Shown in pieces: positions 36,321-42,629 of a stretch of 42,629 nucleotides of DNA (the first letter of the stretch is position 1; every line of letters begins with the position of its first letter). This DNA comes from Spirogloea muscicola (Eukaryota), in contig WELB01000002.1 of the NCBI GenBank assembly GCA_009602725.1, positions 768,546-811,174 of the forward strand, read 5' to 3'. The position numbers and the translations under genes are program-made. The notes below the pieces were generated by a model that searched no databases, was not told the origin of the DNA, and saw only the letters and a list, made by a program, of their open reading frames with translations.

Positions 36321-37410
36321 AGAGTGTCAAGGTCTTGGAACAGTTGTAGACAGAGGAGGGGAGTTGAAGAAGGAAAGCTGAGGCCTTCACTAAACACCTG
36401 CCGAATACGCCAGGCACTCTTCTTTGCTCTTCCAGACTGAACGATGCCATGACACTGTGCCCATATTATTTCCATATCAATTGACTCAGAAAGCCGACCA
36501 AGCTTGACTGATGAATATTGCAGCATCAGTCTTACTGAGAATGAGGGGGGCCTCTTCCTGCTAATGTCAAGGCAGAACATCCGCAAAAGCTCATCATGAC
36601 TGCAGCAGAAAGATGACGAATGCCCCAGCCCCTGCAAACCACCAGCCAAGAAAAGACCGTCCAAGGGGCAATGACGGGAAAAGCCCTTGTAAGGTGCACC
36701 ACCAGCACCCCTGCAAGTAGTGGAGGTGGGTGCGGCAGAAGCACGGGCCACGCCAAGGAGGAGCTATGCCTTATCCATCAACACGCAGTCGTGTTGACTA
36801 GTGCCTCGAACAACGATCATAGAATGATAGGGGCAAAAGGCTCAGCTACCCACCAAACGCTGCCCTCTTCATTGTGGGCCTCATTCCCATTGTGACCAGC
36901 ACTGGGAAGGGGAGCCCGAGCCAAGCAGCTGGCGAGTCTAGGCTTGAGTCTAGGCAGTCTATTGCGGGGCATCTTCTCATTCTTGCCTTTGTTGAATAGC
37001 AGTGCCTTTTTGAAACTGCTATCTCTGGCATAAGTTAGATCAAATCCACTACTGAGGTTTTCTTGGCACGTGTTTGTAAAATACCTGACCACAATGTCTG
37101 GCAGCGGTCTCTGGCTTGTCTACAAATTCGCCAGAGCGTCAGAATCATTTCAGGCACTCCGATCATTCTGCGGTCAACTCTTGTTCTGACTCTGCCTTTT
37201 TCGACGGTCAAAAGTGTCTCTTCTAAGCACACATATCAGACCACCTCCTCTCCAGTCGTCATTCTGGCCAACGTGATCTACTTGCCGAAGAAGTGCTTGC
37301 TACATGATTTTATGCATCGGCATTGAAGTCTATTAGCAGTCTGACGTCAACAGGCAAATTACGCTAGAGCGCCAGAGCTAGCGAGTTGGGGTGCCGGGGA
37401 GGTGCGGAGT

Positions 37411-37412
<2 letters not shown>

Positions 37413-37474
<62 letters not shown>

Positions 37475-37620
37475 NGGGCGAGAGATAGCGAGCAGCGGCA
37501 GGACGTGGGCGGCACTTAGTGAGTGACAGAGTTGACGAGAAGAAGAGAGAGATGGAGAGATGGAGAGAGGGGGAGGGGAGGGAGGGAGGGAGGGAGGGAG
37601 GGAGAGCGCGCGCGCGCGAG
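37413..37620. repeat. (GA)n microsatellite plus (GGGA)n and (GC)n tracts
   Basis: About 30 GA units at 37414-37474 ending at an N; GGGA units ~37575-37603; GC run 37605-37617. Confidence 0.95.
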
Positions 37621-37800
37621 AGAAGGGCTCGCCTATAGAGGAGAGGGGCTGGGAAAAGCCAGCCCAAAAAAGTATGAACAAAGTACGAGAAGGGGCCAGG
37701 GGAAGCACTAAGATATTAAGCAGCTACGAAGCACTCAGTAACCCCTGCTAAGCAACCTCAGGTCAGAGAAACTTGGCTCCTGGAAGCGGGTCCTGGCCTG
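37620..37800 (-). mobile_element. 5'-truncated retroelement copy (ORF end plus type A tail) abutting a simple-repeat tract
   Basis: The reverse strand reads tctctgacctgaggttgcttagcaggggttactgagtg...cgtactttgttcatacttttttgggctggcttttcccagcccctctcctctataggcgagcccttct, homologous to 4695-4866. Confidence 0.8.
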
Positions 37801-37847
37801 GCTTGGCTTTTTCCAGCCCCTATCCTCAATTGGCGAGCCCTTCTTCT

Positions 37848-38520
37848 ATCCACCCAGTTGCAGATGTGTTCGTACCCCTGGCTGTGGACGTGCACGGGGC
37901 TCTCGGGTCCCAGTGGCTCGACCTGCTGGCCAGGCTTGCGCGGCGCGCTGTGTCCCGCAGGCGCGGTGAGCGGACTTCAACGCCGCTGGCTCGTTGGCTC
38001 AAGTCTATCGTATGAGATTGTCTGTATCCCTTCAGCGGTCCATGGCCCACCCTCTGCATCTGCGTGCTGGCCGTGGTCTCACTGCGGCCTCCGGCTACCG
38101 TCAGGGGGATAGTTTTCCGGCAGCTAGTCTGTCGGATCTGAGGTTCCTCACTCGTAACTACTGAGTGATCCATCCTCCCCCTGTTCTGACATAGCATCTT
38201 CAGGCCCCTTGTAGCTGCTACACGCTTGTAGGCCCCTCCGAACCTTTGTCAAATCTTTTTGGGCTGGCTTTTCGCAGCCCTTGCCCCCATTGGAAGTGCC
38301 ACTTCTCTCCTCCATGGGCGAGCCCTTCTTCTTACTCTTGGCTTTGGTCAGGGGGATAGTTTGTCGGCAGCTAGTCTGTCGGATTTGAGGCTCCTCACTC
38401 GTAGCTACTGAGTGGTCCATCCTACACCCGTTCTGACATAGCGCTTCAGGCCCCTCCGTCATTTGGCCCTTTCGAACCTTCGTCAATTCTTTTCGGGCTG
38501 GCTTTTCACAGCCCTTGCCC
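37848..38520 (+). mobile_element. Two tandem 5'-truncated CRE-like retroelement copies (type B tails)
   Basis: FVPLAVDVHGALGSQWLDLLARLARRAVSRRRGE, a frameshift near 37970, then AGSLAQVYRMRLSVSLQRSMAHPLHLRAGRGLTAASG...SLSDLRFLTRNY* (stop ~38164) and a tail to 38310. The second copy at 38348-38520 repeats 38100-38285. Confidence 0.8.
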
Positions 38521-38714
38521 TGCTCCCTCCTGCCGTCCACTCGCGTGCAGGCCGCGCTATCGCGGCTGCTTCTGGGTCGCGTCTGAAAGCTTCTTTTCGA
38601 GCTACTCTGACCTGATGTTGCTCACCTGCGGGTATTGAGCTTCCTGTGCTTTCGTCTTGTCTTCTTGAATAGCTGCCTAGCTGCGTGTTTCTTCGCTATA
38701 TGGCTTTGGACTTT

Positions 38715-38917
38715 CTCCATTCTTTCTGGGCTGGCTTTGCTAGCCCCCCCTTCTCTATGGGCGAGCCCTTTCTTCTTGCCCCCATTGAGAAGAAGTGGCA
38801 CGCCAAAGGGGGGCAAGGGCTGTGATAAGCCAGCCCAAAAGAGAGAGCCCAAAAAGAATTGACAAGGGTTCGGAGGGGCCGACAAGCGTTTAGCAGCTGC
38901 AGAGGGGCCTGAAGATG
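38715..38917. mobile_element. Type A tail (forward) followed by an inverted ~130-bp type B 3' UTR
   Basis: 38790-38917 is the reverse complement of 38196-38308 and of 24697-24810. Confidence 0.75.
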
Positions 38918-39632
38918 ATTGAGAGAGCCACTTTCCTGGCCAGGGCCAGGGCCAGGGCGGGGCAGCTCAGCTGGCCGCGGACAGGTTCTTCGCGGCCATG
39001 TCAGTAGGCACTTGGCAGTCGTCGGATCCGGGAGCACCAGATCGGATGGACCGGCCGGGCGCCGAGGCACCGCCATCGTCAGGCTTAGCGGCAGGTTAGG
39101 GCGGCTGCGTGGCCGGCACGGGCCCACCACCCAAACTGTGATCACCCAGTGTGAACTGATAACTTTTGCCGTTAAGGGCGGCCCCAGTCGTCGGCCGCCC
39201 TCTTGAAAACGGTCGTGAATGGGCCCAACCTTGGCCTAACGAGAGTGCTGGAATACCACTGAATGACTGCCATATTTACGTCATTTAATCGACCGTCCCA
39301 GGCCTGGCCAGACGAAAGCCATTGACGGTAAGGAGCTCGAGGCGCGGCGCAGCGCAGGCGACCGCGCCGCGCGCCGCGATTTGCGGCAGGCCTGACTCCT
39401 GGAGGGCCCTCTCCCGCGATCTGCGGCGGGCCTTCCGCCGAAGCACCAGCCTGCGCCTCGCCGCGTGCTGCCGATCCAGGGCGTTGCGCCGCCGATCGGA
39501 GCCCTGCGGCGCAGGGGCGGCCAGATCGGGCTCGGCTTGCCGTCAGGGTGTGGCGTAGATCCGGCTGTGCGGGCTTGTTGCGTCGACGCGGCTGGGCCTG
39601 GATGACGGGAAAGTGATACCGGCTGAGAAGAC

Positions 39633-41731
39633 ATGGCGCGGCCCGGCTTGGAGTACTGCATCGTGGCGTGCCTGTTCTGCGCTCTTGTCCTTGGAGACTC
39701 TCGGTCTGCAGTTGCGCAGGTGCACACTCCCTATCACCTGAGCCTCTCCCGGGCCTCCAGTCCATTCCTCCACCATTGCCATCGGGTGTAGTTGCACAGT
39801 CTGGGCCTCCCACAACGAATTAAAGTAGGCCGTGAGAACCCTACGACCTCGATAATGAATTACGATGCTTCGACATCTTCATTTGTTGCTGTTGGCAATG
39901 ACTGGACTTGATTCCCGGGCTAGATGGAAGAAAGTCGAAGCCTTGACCTTCCCTGTAAATCTCAGACATTTGCTGCCAGTGTTGATCGGTCCTCTGGAAC
40001 ACAATCTGCCACTGCAGCCTCAAAGGCTGTCTCTCAAGTCCATGTGTCATTGAGCGCAAAATTGGGGTCAGAATACTATGCGATGCTGAAGCTTACAATG
40101 TTGCACTTACAACAACCACTCACTACAACAGCCACCCTTGTGCTCTTTGTGGCAAAGGTGCTCAGTCTCTGATTGCACCTTCATGATTGATCTGACTGAG
40201 CAGGCACCTGCTCCAGGGCCAGCTGCTCTGGGATCGCCTCAAGGGCCATCATCTGGACCAAGTTCAGGGCCAGCAGGCGTACCGCCACCTCTATCAACAT
40301 CAGCCGCACCAAGTCCAGGGCCAGCAGCTGCTGCACAAGAACCAGCCCCTCCTCCTGCTGCTGCCCCCGTCCCTGCATCCAGTACAGGTATGTACTACTT
40401 ATGCCTCGCTTGTACGTCTCTATTGCACCTGTGGTGTGCATACAAGAACGTGTATGGCCCAGGCATTTCTTTCAGGTCATCCAGATCAGTCGCTGTTGAC
40501 TGGCTGCTTGCTCCCAAATGAGCGTGAAGGTCCCCACAGACAGCAGCAGGGAAATCTTCCTTGTTTCCATTCTGATTTACATTTCTTGATTAATACGTGG
40601 TAAAAGAGTGGTCAACTAGGATGTTATGCAGATTGAGTGTTCTTTCCAAAGGAAGAGATTTCAATTACATGCTAGTGATAGTTTCAAGTGCACTAGCGTG
40701 CTGTTTATGAATATGACTATGACTATGAGATATACTGCAGCATTGCAAAGACCGCACTAGTTGACTTCTGCTAGGCTTTTTGGCACCAGCAGGCAAGGCA
40801 AGCCCCCCCCCTCCCGACACTGGTCTTCCTCCAGGCTTTACTCCTCCACCACTACCCAGTGCACCTGACGGACCCCCAGGCACACCACCTGTTGCAAAGG
40901 ACAACAGCAACGGCGGAGGCTCAGGTTCATCGTAAGATTCCGAGCACCAGCTGGTGGATGTCGATTGCATATAGGAGCACCGAAGTAACAATTCAGCATG
41001 TTGATTGTACTCCCGCTGTATACCTGCCCTTTCTGGGGCTCGTGAAGCTATTGGCAACGGCGGCACCGAAAGACAAACGATCATGCAAAGGATAAAGCGA
41101 AGAGTTGACGGGACAAGCTCCACTTGTTGCAGTGTTTCACTTTTTGTCCATCTCCCCAGATGCTCCAATGCTCATAGTTGGCGGGCTGACAGTGCAAGTC
41201 TTGATCTGCATTTGCAGCTTAAGTGGTGGTGCTGTGGCTGGCACTGTTGTCGGCGCCCTAGTTGCTGCAGCAGTGATCGCAGCACTAATTTGGATCTTTG
41301 TCCAAGTGAGCATAGGCTTCATATCACTTGTCACCATTTATTGCCTCGTACATCTGACACATCTATTATGGGGCTGTGAGTGGCGGGTTCCTATGCTTGA
41401 TGTCAAGTGGGAGTACAGCCCAAGCGTCGCTGCAGCTGTTCTCATATTCGGTTGCCATTTTCGTGACAGAGGAGACGGAATAGTGCTCGTGATGGCTATG
41501 GCTACTCTAGGGACAGGTATGACATTTCCAGTACTGTCTTGGCTGTACCCCTACAGCCAAGAAATACCCTTCCCTTCTTCGTGCTTTGACGCTCACAATC
41601 AGCCACTTTAACAAGGCAATGCTTCTTCGTACTCAAATGTCCGATGGACCCTTGACAATCACCACTCATCACATTGTAGCACCATTGTTACATGCAGGGA
41701 CCTGGAGATGAGGTGGACAGGTGGGCGCTGA
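39633..41731 (+). CDS. Proline-rich / arabinogalactan-protein-like type I membrane protein (198 aa, 6 exons)
   Basis: Phase-consistent exons 39633-39719, 40204-40387, 40775-40931, 41218-41305, 41470-41516, 41698-41731. Signal peptide MARPGLEYCIVACLFCALVLGDSRSAVA, then QAPAPGP and an AP/SP/PP-rich ectodomain, TM LSGGAVAGTVVGALVAAAVIAALIWIFV, and a basic tail RRRNSARDGYGYSRDRDLEMRWTGGR*. Confidence 0.75.
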
Positions 41732-42531
41732 GATGCTCAACTGAGTCCATGGATTGTGGCTAGAATGGTTGCCTCATTGCATATGCTGCCGACCTATAGA
41801 AGGGGCCACTGGGGAGATTCTGCCAGTCTCTCTGCAAGGCAGGACTCCTGAATGATAGCCCAGTTCGCGGCTCTGTTTGCTGCCATAGTACACCTCCAAA
41901 GACTTGCCCTGTCAGAGGTGCCAGCATGTTGACAACTGTCCGGCGCTGTGGAGCAAGTTCTGAAATTTATTGCTTGAGTTTCTTTGCATTTGTATGCAGT
42001 CATTCCTCACGTGCCTGTAGTTCTTAAGGCTTGACTTCTTTTTAGGCGCAGCTTTGGTGATGACTCCGGTGGATTGAGGAGCTAGCGGACAATTTCGGGC
42101 TTGTGTGCAAGGGATGAAAGTATCTCTAGCAGATAAGGTATGCCGCAACCTGAACTGTCTCCATCAACGGTGGAGACTGTCACTGAATACAGCGAATGGC
42201 ACCTGCGATTGTCCAGCCCAAGAAGAATGAAGAGGGTGCAACGAGTGAGGGGAGCTAACAGTTTGCGACTCTAGTGAGGCAGCGAGGAATTACTACTATC
42301 GATTAACAGAAGGAGCAGGTCTTCCAGAGGGGAAGAGAGAGCTGGGAAATGCCCAGCCCACAGAAGAATAGTAAATATCGCCTGAAAATTGTCATCGTAG
42401 TGGAGAAAAACCGGCGCTACGCGGTATATGCGATCTCCCAGAACATTGGCCACGTAGGACGGAGGCTGACATGGCACTACCGACACGTCAGCCCAACCAG
42501 CAGAAAGTGGTCCCCCCGCCCCACCGCTACC

Positions 42532-42580
42532 ATGGCCACTATTTCACCGGCGGCCACGGCAGCGGCGGCGGCTGGCAATT

Positions 42581-42612
<32 letters not shown>

Positions 42613-42629
42613 TGCGGCGGCGGCGGCGG
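42532..42629 (+). CDS. Probable first exon of a gene truncated by the window edge (MATISPAATAAAAAGNCGGGG...)
   Basis: accATGg context in a GC island with a GGC repeat, like the other first exons here. A reverse hairpin motif lies upstream at ~42340-42362. Confidence 0.45.

Noticed and set aside
36250..37360. Minus-strand gene downstream of the CT repeat
   Set aside because: No consistent exon chain or recognisable protein found.
1..42629. tRNA, rRNA or snRNA genes
   Set aside because: None recognised by eye; a covariance-model scan would be needed to exclude them.

Overview
Eukaryotic, intron-rich genomic DNA. Protein similarity, GC-rich first exons and GT-AG introns suggest a streptophyte green alga or plant (inference). 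Spliced genes rebuilt by hand: APC2 (+, 5582-13148, 18 exons); mitochondrial intermediate peptidase, M3 family (-, 15132-20093, 16 exons); mitochondrial pyruvate dehydrogenase E1 alpha (-, 21413-~24410, no in-frame ATG at the expected start); a divergent SHOU4/At1g16860-like membrane protein (-, 26054-28220); a disordered hypothetical protein (-, 33272-34419); a Pro-rich, arabinogalactan-like type I membrane protein (+, 39633-41731); and a probable gene start at the right edge. The main non-genic feature is an intergenic repeat system. Roughly 45 copies (counted by eye) of a hairpin motif TTTTGGGCTGGCTTTTCNCAGCCC cluster upstream of GC-rich gene starts and were not seen in gene bodies. Several copies lie in the 3' UTR of 5'-truncated fragments encoding the C-terminus of a restriction-like endonuclease, as in CRE-like non-LTR retrotransposons. 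Their tail variants appear nested inside one another, which suggests self- or mutual targeting. The window also holds a separate ~120-bp bipartite repeat, a perfect 25-bp hairpin, a GGGACCT minisatellite, microsatellites and a 587-N gap. All identifications come from recalled family motifs; no database search was run.
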